This document shows, piece by piece, positions 23,850-34,998 of a DNA stretch of 64,000 nt. The notes below the pieces were generated by a model. The model saw only the letters and a list, made by a program, of their open reading frames with translations, was not told the DNA's origin and ran no database searches. The first letter of the stretch is position 1, and the number at the start of each line of letters is the position of its first letter. Source of the DNA: Amoebophrya sp. A120 (lineage: Eukaryota; Protista; Dinoflagellata); the NCBI GenBank assembly GCA_905178155.1, contig CAJINV010000014.1:1567984-1631983 (forward strand), written 5' to 3'. The position numbers and the translations under genes are program-made.

Positions 23850-26800
23850 ATGGCCACCGGCAACGAGAAGGATCCCCCGCCGAAGATGGCCACGAAGTTG
23901 GAGGCGGCGGAAGATTGGGCGCGCTGGAGTTTTGACCTCTTCCGCATCTTGGAAGGGTACCCGCGCAACCCGCCCCCGACCTCCACCGCCGTCGGCGCCT
24001 CCTCTTCTTCCTCCGCCCCGTCCTCGGGAGCTGGTACAGCCTGGAAGGATTGGGCCGAACTTTATGCGGATTACCGGAAGGATATCGCTAGCGGCACGGA
24101 TATCCCGACCGCCTTGGCGAAAATCGAAACCGCTCCCAGTTGGAACAGCTGGACCGCGAAACCGCTCGCCGCCATGATTTCGCAAAGTTGTGGACCGGAC
24201 CCCCACCAAATTTTGCGCGCGATCACCGGCCCGCAGCCTACGCACCTGCTTCGCATGGTTTGGGCGCTCGAAAATAAGTACGCCAGTCAGAAGATGGCCA
24301 CCCGCTTCGCTGCTGTCGTGGAACTTATCCGCATGCGGATGAACCCCGGCGAGTTTGCGGACGAATACGCTAACCGCGTGCGCGCTGTCTTCCGCGAGAA
24401 GCTTGGCGGAAAAATTTTGCTGCCTGAGTTCTTAGCCGGCTGCATTTTGTCCGGACTTCCCGACAACTTCGCCCCGACCGTTGCCACGCTCATGGCCAAC
24501 GAGGTGACCGACGCCGATCGCATCACCACCACCCTCCGCGAGTTCCAGCGCGTTGCCGGCGAAACCAAGACCGAAGACAGCAAGGCCAACAGCGCCAAGG
24601 TTGTCGCCTTGGAGAAGAGCCAGGAAAAATTGCGGAAGGAGTTGGCAAGCGTTAAGGCGATCGCCAACAAAGGCAAAGGCAAAACGCAGAAGCCGGAGGA
24701 CACCCAGAAGGCTAAGCGCTGCCAATTTTGCCGGCACAAGGGCCACGACGTGAGCGAGTGCCGCAAGAAGAAGGCCGCCGACGCGAAGAAGACCGCGAGC
24801 GGAACCCCGCCCGGCACCGGTAAGAACAAGAAGGCAGGAGCGAACTGCGCGCGCGTTTTCCCGCTGCAGGTCACCGCCGAGGACGAAACCACCAACAAGC
24901 GCCCGCGCGCCCGGTCGGGTTCTTTGTCTTCTGTTGCCTCCCTGCTCTCCTCCTCGGAATCCCAGGAGCAGACGACCGCGAGCAACACCAAGAAGGCAAA
25001 CACCAACAGCGCCGCCGCTGTTGTCGTCCACACCGCCGAAAAGAAGACCGCGACCGCCCCCGTCCAGCTTCCGGAGCTGAATGGGATCACCAACGGCGTC
25101 ACGGTGGGAAAGAAGAAAAACACGCCTTGGGGCTTGTCGGATACCCTGCCCATGTTTGTGCGCGAGCACGAGCATCGGATGGCCACCGATGAGAACTATG
25201 CGAGAAAGGCGGTCGAGTTGCCTTACACTCTTGCAGGAGAAAAGGCGGAACAAGTTCGAAAGTTCTACGAAACGCGTCAACCACAGCAAAACAAGAACAG
25301 TGTGAACCAGGGATACTGCGAGCGTGCTCCGCTCGGTGTGCGTTCTCCGCACCTAAAAACAGTCAATTTTTACTTGGCCAGTGTTCTGCTCGCTCTGCTT
25401 CTGTCGGTTTTGTGGTTCTTCGTGTTTGTGTGTTTTACGTTTTTGAACTGCCCCACCCTCGTGATTGGAAGTCCAATCTACCGATTTACATCGTGTCTTG
25501 TGAGAGCTGCGATGCAAATCTGGAATCTTTTCGGTCCCTGCCCCCCCAAGATTTTGAAGAAATTCGGAATCTCACTCCCCCGGAATTCTTTCAAGAAATT
25601 GAATTCCAGGAGGTTGCTACGACTTCCCTCGTATGCCGCCGGTTGTGCCGCGTATACGAGTCTTCCGAACGTCCTTAACTCCTCCAGGCACGCGCGCGCG
25701 CACTTCGTGCAGCAGCCGAAAGCCAAGGATGGACTTCGAGTTTTGAAAGTCATCACGGACAGTGGTGCTACGCACCACATGTTCCCGCATGAGTCAATGT
25801 TTGAGAGCTTTACCGGAGAAACCGTGAGTCTCACAACAGCTGACGGCGAATGCTCTGAGCCTGCGAAAATCGGAATTCTCAAGCCCAATAACTTGGGTGC
25901 CCGGGTTGCGTTGTACCACCCTGCGTTGCAGGTTTGCCTGCTTTCTGTCGAAACGATGGCGCAGGATGGTGGATCGTACTACCACGCGAAAGAAGAACGA
26001 TGGATCCAGGATGCCTCGGGCTATCGCCACACGGTCAAAATACGCCAAAAGCTTCCTTGCGTGGGTTTCTACCTCTTGGAAGGCGAGGCGTTGGCGAACG
26101 TGATTGGAAACCAGAACTCCTGCTCCGCCTTGCGGTTACACCAAAGGCTTGGGCATTTAGGAGTTCAAGGCATCAAGGTTCATTGCCCTGACTGCGCTGT
26201 TTCTAAGTCCTATGGTTCTCAACAGCATCGAAAGGTCCGCCCCGCGACCTATCTCCACAAGGAGTGGATGGACCAAGTTGAGACGGATTTCTTCTCCGGA
26301 GGATTACCCGCTTCCATGGATGGGAACACAATCTGCATTACGCTCCGGGACTCAGCCACAGACTGGCTCGAACCTTGGGGCATTACAGACAAAGCGCAAT
26401 GTGGCAAGGTCCTTCGGGACTTTGCGACACAGGTCGGGGTCCCCAAGGTCGCTCGTTGTGACAATGAGCCCGTGTTGAAAGGCATGGAAGGACCATGGAA
26501 AGAAGCCTGTCGGGAAATCAATTGCGTCGCTGGCCACAGCGTTCCACGAGAGCCGCAAGGCAATGGGAACGTGGAGCGCTGGCACAGAACCCTTGGGGAC
26601 GGTCTTCGGGCCAACCTTCAAGGAGTAGATCCCCGGCTCTGGGATTGGTGTGCGCGCTACGTTGCGTATGTCAAGAACCGAGTGCAGCGGAAAACCAAGC
26701 TCCCTGCCCCTTTCTACAAGCGTTTTGGCCGTCAGGCCGATGTCAAACACCTTCGCCGCTTTGGGTGCGTTGCGTATGTTCGCAAGCACATTCCAAGCGA

Positions 26801-29279
26801 CAAAGCCGAGAGCACAAAGTTGGTTGACCGCTATGAAAAGGGAATCTTCCTCGGATATTCCAGGGAGTCTAGCTCGTACGTGGTAGGTGTTTTCCACCAT
26901 GATGCACGCGCTAAGAGCGGCCAGAGATGGACGACAGTCGAATCTCGGTCGGTCAAGTTCGACGAGGACACGTTAGTGCCCAATGTCAACGCCCTTCGGA
27001 AACCGGATAAAGAACCGTCGCAGAGGCAAGCCCCAAACGCCGACGATTCCGCTGGAGCAGTGAGAAGCGATTCCGATCGCCTTCGCGCCGCGCTTGAGGA
27101 AGTCGAAAAGCGTTGGAAGCAAACTTCTGAGGGGGTTGAAGAACCGGCTCTGAAACGGAGAAAAACGGAGTCGCCCCCCCCGGCGCCGGAAACGGCCCAG
27201 GGCGGAGACAAAGAAAACGAGTCTGCCGGAAGTCCCACCGACGGCGACGGCCGTGGTGCGGCGCCCGCAGATGGTCCCGCGCAGGAAGGAGGAAACTCAG
27301 CTCCTGTCGCCCCACAAGTTGCGCCCCAGGTAGCGCCGCCGGACGTTTCAAAGTTGATCGATGACGACCTCAACCCCTACACGTTAGTGGAAAAAGACGG
27401 CGTCACCATCAAGAAAAGAAACCGTCGCGGACGGCCCAAGGGCCTCACTCGCGCACAATGCCCCCACTGGCGTAAGCCCGGTCGGAAGCCCAAGCAGCCA
27501 ACAGCTTCGGACCTTGTGCAGCCCCTTCGAGATCAGCCCCAGGGCAATGGCGCAAAAGCAATTTTTGAAAATGAAATCGCTAGCGCGTTTGTTGCTTCTC
27601 GAGTTTTTGATCAAGAGAAGGATGGCGAGGCGATTTGTTGGACAGTACAAGTCACCAGGGTGGAGGCGTTTACAGGACCAGACGCCGCCAAATGGCTGGA
27701 AGCTGATACGCTAGAGCGTACACAGCTGGAAGCACTTAAGTGCTGGAGGCCGTTACAAGATGGCGAATTCGGTAAGGACGACGAGATCATCCCGGCCGTT
27801 GTGATTTACACTCGCAAACGGTGCGGAAGATTCAAGGCCCGCCTTGTTGCACTCGGAAACCGCCAGACGAAAGTCATGCGCGCCGAAGTGTTCTCCCCGA
27901 CCGTTTCCCATGCCGCGACCCGCACCCTGCTGGTTGATGCCGCCGCTTCGGCTAAGTTCGTTGAACAATTCGACATCTCGAATGCGTTCATCCGTTCTGC
28001 CTTAGACGAATCGGATAGAGTTTTTGTTCGCTTACCCAAACACTGGAGCACGGACCCCCGTGGCGACAAAGTCAGACTTTTGAAATCCTTATACGGACTC
28101 AAAATTGCGCCACGCAAGTGGTATGATACGTATGCCGCGTATCTTCTGGAAGACGGCTGGAAACGCTGCCCCCAGGAACCCGGACTATTCAAGAAGAATG
28201 GGCTGACGCTGGCCATCTACGTTGATGACTCTCTCATCTCGGGCGAGAATTTCGGCGAGGTGTCCGCCGCCTGCGCCCGTATCCTTGGTAAGTTCGAAGG
28301 CAAACTTATCCCCGCAGAGAAAGAAGGCTCTTTCGATGTTCGGGACATCCTTGGCGTTCGTATGCGTTACGATCGGCAACGGAAGACCTTGCGTCTTGAT
28401 TTGGAGAAAGCCATCAAGAAGCTTGCGGAAAAGTTCAAAATCGACGCTGGAAAGCCACTTTCCACGCCGTGCGTTTACACCGACTTTGATGAAGGAAAGC
28501 CGCTGCCGGATTACCCGCTGCGTAGCCTCATCGGGGGACTGCAGTACATTGCAACCATGGCCCGCCCAGATTGCATGTTCGCAGTGAACAGGGTCGCACG
28601 AGCTCAAGTCAAGCCTACAGCTTCTGTCGTGACAGCGGCAAAGCGCGTAGTCAGGTACTTGCTGCAGACTTCCCATGTCGTTCTAGAGTACACACCGGAA
28701 CGGGAGCGGGAATTTCGCAAGCAATATACTGAAGTGCTTGAGGAGCAGAATTCCAGACAGTCCCTCCCGGATTTTGTAGGATTCAGCGATGCAGATTTTG
28801 CTGGGTGTTCCGTCACCCTCCGCAGCAGCAGTGGAAGCATTCTCTTTTTCAGGGGCATGCCCATCGCTTGGTCTAGCAAGCGCCAGACACTTCGCGCATA
28901 CTCAACATGCGAGAGCGAGTACATTGCCCTCTTCGACACGTTGAAGCTATCGCAGGCTCAGGGGTATCTGGAGTGGCTCGATGAAAATCAGTCTCTTCCC
29001 GGTATTCTCTTTGTGGACAACAAATCTGCAATCGAAGTTGCGCGCTCGGAGTTACCAACCAAGAAGACGAAACACTTCTTGCTCCGTTTTCACGAAGTCA
29101 AGGATCACGTCGAAAACATCGCGCACGTACCCACCGGCGTGAACAAGGCTGATCCCTTGACCAAACCAATGGGAAATCCTTTGCTGTGTTTCCACGCGTG
29201 CGCCCACCCATCTATTGACTTAGATGACAGCAAGATAGGTCTGCCGGCTGTCTACGCCGCCTCGGTTTTCGAATCGTAG
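23850..29279 (+). CDS. Copia Gag-Pol polyprotein (Gag, protease, integrase, RT, RNase H)
   Basis: First ATG at 23850. CCHC knuckle CQFCRHKGHDVSEC; protease DSGATHHM; LHQRLGH..CPDC; integrase ETD/CDN/VER; RT FKARLVA, FDISNAF, YVDD; RNase H FSDADFAG, EYIAL, DNKSAI, ADPLTK. IN precedes RT, which is the copia order. Confidence 0.97.
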   Translation: MATGNEKDPPPKMATKLEAAEDWARWSFDLFRILEGYPRNPPPTSTAVGASSSSSAPSSGAGTAWKDWAELYADYRKDIASGTDIPTALAKIETAPSWNSWTAKPLAAMISQSCGPDPHQILRAITGPQPTHLLRMVWALENKYASQKMATRFAAVVELIRMRMNPGEFADEYANRVRAVFREKLGGKILLPEFLAGCILSGLPDNFAPTVATLMANEVTDADRITTTLREFQRVAGETKTEDSKANSAKVVALEKSQEKLRKELASVKAIANKGKGKTQKPEDTQKAKRCQFCRHKGHDVSECRKKKAADAKKTASGTPPGTGKNKKAGANCARVFPLQVTAEDETTNKRPRARSGSLSSVASLLSSSESQEQTTASNTKKANTNSAAAVVVHTAEKKTATAPVQLPELNGITNGVTVGKKKNTPWGLSDTLPMFVREHEHRMATDENYARKAVELPYTLAGEKAEQVRKFYETRQPQQNKNSVNQGYCERAPLGVRSPHLKTVNFYLASVLLALLLSVLWFFVFVCFTFLNCPTLVIGSPIYRFTSCLVRAAMQIWNLFGPCPPKILKKFGISLPRNSFKKLNSRRLLRLPSYAAGCAAYTSLPNVLNSSRHARAHFVQQPKAKDGLRVLKVITDSGATHHMFPHESMFESFTGETVSLTTADGECSEPAKIGILKPNNLGARVALYHPALQVCLLSVETMAQDGGSYYHAKEERWIQDASGYRHTVKIRQKLPCVGFYLLEGEALANVIGNQNSCSALRLHQRLGHLGVQGIKVHCPDCAVSKSYGSQQHRKVRPATYLHKEWMDQVETDFFSGGLPASMDGNTICITLRDSATDWLEPWGITDKAQCGKVLRDFATQVGVPKVARCDNEPVLKGMEGPWKEACREINCVAGHSVPREPQGNGNVERWHRTLGDGLRANLQGVDPRLWDWCARYVAYVKNRVQRKTKLPAPFYKRFGRQADVKHLRRFGCVAYVRKHIPSDKAESTKLVDRYEKGIFLGYSRESSSYVVGVFHHDARAKSGQRWTTVESRSVKFDEDTLVPNVNALRKPDKEPSQRQAPNADDSAGAVRSDSDRLRAALEEVEKRWKQTSEGVEEPALKRRKTESPPPAPETAQGGDKENESAGSPTDGDGRGAAPADGPAQEGGNSAPVAPQVAPQVAPPDVSKLIDDDLNPYTLVEKDGVTIKKRNRRGRPKGLTRAQCPHWRKPGRKPKQPTASDLVQPLRDQPQGNGAKAIFENEIASAFVASRVFDQEKDGEAICWTVQVTRVEAFTGPDAAKWLEADTLERTQLEALKCWRPLQDGEFGKDDEIIPAVVIYTRKRCGRFKARLVALGNRQTKVMRAEVFSPTVSHAATRTLLVDAAASAKFVEQFDISNAFIRSALDESDRVFVRLPKHWSTDPRGDKVRLLKSLYGLKIAPRKWYDTYAAYLLEDGWKRCPQEPGLFKKNGLTLAIYVDDSLISGENFGEVSAACARILGKFEGKLIPAEKEGSFDVRDILGVRMRYDRQRKTLRLDLEKAIKKLAEKFKIDAGKPLSTPCVYTDFDEGKPLPDYPLRSLIGGLQYIATMARPDCMFAVNRVARAQVKPTASVVTAAKRVVRYLLQTSHVVLEYTPEREREFRKQYTEVLEEQNSRQSLPDFVGFSDADFAGCSVTLRSSSGSILFFRGMPIAWSSKRQTLRAYSTCESEYIALFDTLKLSQAQGYLEWLDENQSLPGILFVDNKSAIEVARSELPTKKTKHFLLRFHEVKDHVENIAHVPTGVNKADPLTKPMGNPLLCFHACAHPSIDLDDSKIGLPAVYAASVFES

Positions 29280-29666
29280 TCCGTCTTCCGCGTGTCACAC
29301 TCGAAGGCTACACATGCCTGCGGAATTGTGTAGGATTCTAGTGCCCGTCTGATTTTCCTTCATCCGCGCCCAAAACTTCCACAAGTTTCTGAGGGGGGGA
29401 GGTTTTTCATCAGTTTCGTGGTTTCTCTTTGTGCCGTAGCCATGCGTTTTTCCGTGGTGTTTTCGCCAAAGATGCTAGATTTGAGTTTGCATGAGGAGCG
29501 CACAGTCATCGTAGCATCGGGATTCAGGGGTTGTGTATTTGGTCAGTGTGTCTATTTCTTAGGATTTTGCAATACCTATTTTCTTACTGTGTCTTTCCAC
29601 TACACCATTACCGTTCCATCCTGTCACTAGGGGGAATGTAGGCAAGTGCTTAGACATGAGGGGGAA

Positions 29667-29903
29667 TGTAGGCATGCAGATCAAATCACCATGTAGATCT
29701 GATGACACGACTGAAATACGATGCAAATCCCCCCTGAAATCCACGATCCACAAATCACATCATGAGCGAAGAGCGATGTACACAGAGCGATGATGATGAA
29801 ATGATGATGATGTTCTTGTGCCTTTTCCCATGCTGACAGTTACGTGGATGCTAGTACAGTAGGTAGTCGCACCCTACCTACATGGTGTATTAGTGTTCTA
29901 ACA
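29667..29903 (+). repeat. 3' LTR
   Basis: Copy of 23477-23713, followed by CTAAA. Confidence 0.97.
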
Positions 29904-30855
29904 CTAAACCTAATGACGAGAACTCTACAACTAGAACTAAACGCTGTCGCTTTTACATAATGATAATCTTCAAGCTTGGAGGACGATTTGTTTCGTATTC
30001 AAAAATGTTGTCGCAGCTGGAACAAGAATGAACCCGTGCAACACGAGGACACAGCTCTGCAAGTTCTGTTAGTTCACTATTGAAGACCCAAGCACGGTCC
30101 TCTCTTGCGCGGCCGTGAGTGTTCCTCATAAAAAGACTAGAACGTCACATAAATGCTTTGATACGATAATCGTACGACGACACGACAGCTCATATACAAA
30201 GACAAAAATTTCAATTCATCGGTTGAAGATTACAAAACCAAAAAGGTATACGTAAAGCACCAGCGCCCTCCCACTTGAAGATCGGTCGTTTTCGTACCAA
30301 GATTCGTTCTTCGGCGTGGTTCTGGTTTTCGTTCTCGTATGCACATCGTTCTCCTTTCGTCCTGGTGGTCGTCGCTCCGTGATTTTCAAGTCTGCTTTTG
30401 TCGCTCACAAACCTCTCATCTCGAACACACCTGTCAGGATCCCCCCACGTTTATTATGAATTCATCCCATTGATACCTACGATAACGATATTCAAGAAGG
30501 AGCAACAGGCTCCTGCGACTTCTGAAGCATGAGACACCAATACTAGCATTAGCCCGAACTACTCGTAAGCTCGTCGCGCTGCGAACTATATGAAGTTGAA
30601 ATAATCTATCTCAACATGAGCCTCGGTTTTATTCAAGTTGAATTATGTTAAATCACACTCATTCGTCGTCAGCTCCTGCATGGCATTCAGTGTAAAAGTC
30701 GTGATATTAGTTTGAACTTCATCTCAGAACCAACGAATCAAATCACAAACATGAAACCTACACTCAGAGTCAAATTGCGAGCTGCGTTCGCGGTTGTCCT
30801 CCATTTCACCCTCCTTGCCGACCACCAAGTCTCTGCCTGCGCCCTCAATTCGCAG

Positions 30856-33465
30856 GTATGGGCGTACCGACAAGGCACTTATCCTCAAGAAAAACTACGA
30901 CGTCCCCACCACCCTGCACACTTGTGGTCAACACCAGTGTAGTGGTGCTTGGCTGCGAAAGCAGGATCACAAAGCGATTACCGTGTAAATATCGTGAACA
31001 AGACGAGTTGTGGAGAAATAGCAATACAAGTTCGATGGAAGCATTAAGAACTACAACCTTAGAAAAATAGTGTTGCTCCTCACTGGGATCATGCGCGTCG
31101 TGAGACGAGACATGCATCCTCAGTATCATGTAAATTCAAATTGGCATGACAAGACATGAGAAGAACTCTGGGGAGGTCGTGGGGACGTTTTTCCTTAGGA
31201 TGCCCTTCCGGGGAAAATCAAGGCCAACGTGGAGAAGCTGACGCCGGAAAGGTTGATGTCCATGAACGGGGGTGTCACCGAGGAACTAGTGGTCGGCAGC
31301 GAACCCCCGGGCGCGTGGGTGTCGTGGCCGGACGACTTGCTGCTGTGCCCACGAAATAACGCCTACAGCTACGCGAACCTCGCGCACCGGAAAAATTGCT
31401 GGCGGTCCCAGTCTATGAACTGCAAAAGTATCGTACTCGTATAAATGCATTACAAATTTCCTCAGCATGAGAAATAAAATTTGTAATGCAGATTTGACTT
31501 GACAAGGAAATTTGTAATGCATGACTGCAAGATACTTTTGCACAGGATACAGTCGCAGATGTTTACGTTGATGAACGTGGCGGTGCCGTGCGGTGGCGTC
31601 GTCGTCGCCGCAGAGGAGGTATGCATTGCAAATATGTCTGGGTCTGGAAGATGGCGAGACTTCTCATGCTAGTTTGGCATGGCGCTGAGCTCTGTATTGC
31701 GTGGCCACGAACACCTCCTCTTGTCTGTCATGCAAAAACGATGCTTCTCATGCGGAATACGCAACACAGAGCCACGAGAAAATCTGTCATGCTTGGCGGT
31801 GCATTACAATGCGCTTTCTGTTCACTGACATGCATCACAAGTTTCCAGCCCCAGACACATTTGCACTTGATAGGAGGAAGAACTGTTCGGGGTCCCGTTG
31901 GAAGCGTGGCTCGCGGTGTTGGGCGGGGTGGTCATCGTCGTGGTGGTCGTCGTTTGCTTCATCGGGAAGGAGCGGACCAAGCTCGCGTTCCTTGACGCGT
32001 GCATTTGCTTCTTCCCGCGGGAGGTGAGGGAGAAGCGCGCGCAGGAGAAACAGCGGGCCCGGGAGGCGATGATGGACATGAAGCAACTGGATGCGGAGGA
32101 AAGGGAACTGGACGCTGCGGAGAGGGAACATGTCCGGAAGAAGCAGGCGCTGGAGAAGCACCACGCGGCGTTGGACGACACGAAGCAAACCCACGCGCTG
32201 GGCTATCAGAAGGAAAAATCCCCCCTCCCCACATCGAAACGAAGTTTCTGATGCTGGATTTGCGTACACAAATCAGATTTGTCTTGCAGTAGAGGACTGC
32301 AGGCCCATATCATGCCCATGCACAGAGGTTTTGGCCTAGGCAGTTAGCATGAGGAACGTCTATGCCGTAGAAGGACCAACAGCATTACAAACCGCCTGCA
32401 TAATGGGGCGGAGTCTGTGGGGTTGCTTTCTTGCATCACAGATGCGATTTGTGGTCACAAATCAGCATGACAAATTTTCATAGGCCTGCCTTATCGATAT
32501 GGGGAGAGGGGATTTTTCCTTACGATATGGGCCACACGCAAGCGAGTTCGAAGGCGGACCAGCTGAAGGTGAACAAGGCGGCGCTGGTATTCCGTGTAAA
32601 AACATCCCCACGACCCCAGAGTTGTCATGCATTTCTGCATGCCAAAAAAGTTTCTCATGCGGAGCCCTATGAGAAGCATTTTCTATTCGTGTTTTGGCAT
32701 TTGCGATGCTAGAATCAGCATCCTATGCTAGATCTGTGATGCTTCTGAACTAGCTAAACAGGACTACACTACGAGGACAAACTTGTCATGCCAAACAACC
32801 AAAGCTGGCTGATTTGTCTAGCAGATTTCCCATCTTGGCTCTGGTAGGTGTGGGGCCGTTTTTAATCAGGATAGCTGGACCGCGCGGCCAATGCGGACTA
32901 CGTGGAGAGGCTGGATAACAAGTTGCACACCAACTACAACGAGCCCATCGAGCCGATCACGGCCAAGGTGTCGCCAGAAATCGAGATGCGGGGTTTGTTC
33001 CCCGCGCGGCGCTCCCCCTTTCAGCCACCGCCCTTGTACGGGCACAAGGTGGTGGACTACGAGCAGGAAAGGCAGGAGCTCGAGCAAACCTCGAAAATCA
33101 AACTCTCGGCCAGCGGACCGGGGGGCCCGGGCGCGCCGCCGAAGCCCCCACCACCAAAGAAGCCGGTGCCGTGGGTGGAAGTAGCGGGGGTGCCGACCAC
33201 GCCGGTTCCACTGCGGACGGCGCCCGTGAAGTTGGACGAAAATGATGGCGTTGAAAAGCCGCCGAGTGGTGGTCCCAGTGGTAAACAGGCGGAAGGCGGT
33301 AATGTTAAAGCGGGTGAAACTACAACAAGCACAACCACAACTGGAGGGCAAAGACCAGCTAGTAGTAAACCCGGAGGAGGTGGTGGTCCTGTGACAGAGG
33401 TGGAGTTGCAACACCACAAACAACAAATGTTCACCAATCCGATGGCAAAAATTGCAGAAGTGTAG
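30856..33465 (+). CDS. Multi-exon single-pass membrane protein with a coiled coil and Pro/Gly-rich tail (5' end unresolved)
   Basis: Five elements removed give one frame: DKAL/PGKIKANVEK...WRSQS/QMFT...AEE/EELFGVPLEAWLAVLGGVVIVVVVVVCF...HALG/HTQA...AAL/DRAANADYVERL...IAEV*. Confidence 0.7.
30880..31202. mobile_element. IR/DR introner (AAAAAC-GTCCCCA family)
   Basis: TATCCTCAAGAAAAAC..GTCCCCA / TGGGGACGTTTTTCCTTAGGATG; imperfect DR. Confidence 0.65.
31414..31549. mobile_element. IR/DR introner (TGCAAAAGTATCG family)
   Basis: Perfect DR CAGTC; first ~80 bp nearly identical to 51635-51789. Confidence 0.9.
31620..31872. mobile_element. IR/DR introner (GTCTGGGTCTGGAA family)
   Basis: Perfect DR GGAGG; frame restored. 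Confidence 0.9.
32204..32527. mobile_element. IR/DR introner
   Basis: Perfect DR TGGGC; AAGGAAAAATCCCC / GGGGATTTTTCCTT. Confidence 0.9.
32588..32873. mobile_element. IR/DR introner
   Basis: Perfect DR GCTGG; TAAAAAC..CCCCAC / GTGGGG..GTTTTTA. Confidence 0.85.
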
Positions 33466-34998
33466 CAAAAAATCGATTCTTGAGAGGAAGAAAGTAGCAG
33501 AAGCCCACAGCAGCATGACTGGCGTCGATCGACGTCACAAGGGAACTGGGCGACGGCATCAGCTGCACACTTGAACTTCTCACGAAGTAACGTTTTTCTC
33601 TCTGCTATTCCATCAAATTTTCGTTTATTTCCAGCACATTTTTTATTTTTTCATTTTCTACATTACGGCTTGCCAACTCGCCCCCTAATATTGGTCTTGC
33701 CTTTATTGCTCCTTGATGTTCAGAAATATTTATCTATAGACTTTTTCCTAAATTGAGGAATGTTATGTAAGTGCATCAAATGCATCAATAAAAGCTTTTA
33801 CATCATGTACAGTATCAGTAATTTACTCCATTATCTATGTTTCCTCAATTCATCAAATTCAAATTTAGCCAGTAGGTCCTCATGCCCCCTTGCTCTTCGT
33901 TTTACATGTTGTGGTAAAAAGAATTTTATTCGAGTAGTCACGAACCAGCACCGGCTGTTCACGTTGATAAAGCTTCTTTTGCTCGCGTTGTATCTGAATC
34001 ACATCAAGGGAAATCTTGCAGCGGAGGCCCAACTACCTGCGCATCGTTGCTGCGTTTTTCCGTTGCCCACGTTGGGGGGAGGTTCGTTTCGGTTTCTGTT
34101 CGATTGGTATTCACTTGTCAGTCGAGGTCGACAAGGCACAGGATGATTGGTATCATGTATAACTACAAGCTTATTTTCCAGTACAGGTTTAGAAACAGCC
34201 GGATTCCATGATGAAGAGCAGGAAATCACACACACATGAGGGGAAGAAGGTTGAGCATTTATGGAGCGGGGGCAGCCGCCTAAAGAAAATTTGAGGTTGA
34301 GTTGAGGCTCAGCTTGCACTTGTTTCGGCGGGTTTTGCGTATATATCTGCCCTGCTGCATGAGAGAGTAAAAGAAGTTTTTTATCTCCTACTCCTATTGC
34401 TTTTTTTCACCTCGTCCAAACTTTGTCTCGTTGGATGAACGAAGAGTGAGAGCAGGAGCACAAGGACAAGCAAACAAGGCCGCGCAGCACAGGAGAAGGT
34501 GAAGGACTTTTGCTAGTGTCTGTTGCTATTTCAACATCAGCGTCCGATCTTGGTGTCGACGGTCCTTTTGTTTTTGTTGCTCGGAGAAGCAGAAGCCCCC
34601 TCCTCCTGTGTTTGTTGTACCGCCTCGCGCCATCCAACGACGAACGAGAAGGGAAGAGGCCGCTCAGCATTGAAAACTACCGAATGCTAGTGTACGTGCT
34701 GCTCCCCCTCTTGGTGTAGTGTTTTGTCCACCTGACCTGGCTGCAAGCAAGAAACACGGTTTCCCCTTGACGGACCTGCTGTCGTGGCTCGCGGCTCGAA
34801 GGAGCCGCGCTCCTCCTATCCTCCTCGACCTCTTGTTCTACGCGTGTCGTGCAGCACTGCACAGGAAAATAGGAAAACAAGAACGCCGCGACGAGCCGTC
34901 AGCTGCAACTGAGAAAGGTGCTGCTGAGAAGCACTGTTGAAGTGGTTGTGCAACTTCATTTTGCTCCGCAACAAAGGAAGATAAAGTAAAGATTGAAG

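Larger units (their letters stand above)
23477..29903 (+). mobile_element. Full-length Ty1/copia LTR retrotransposon, recent insertion
   Basis: Two 237-bp TG...CA LTRs, identical by eye; 5-bp target duplication CTAAA (23472-23476, 29904-29908); polypurine tract GAGGGGGAA before the 3' LTR; intact single ORF. Confidence 0.97.

Noticed and set aside
29433-29443. GCCGTAGCCAT, resembling the start of the dinoflagellate spliced leader
   Set aside because: Only 11 nt match and the TTTGGCTCAAG half is absent; compatible with chance.
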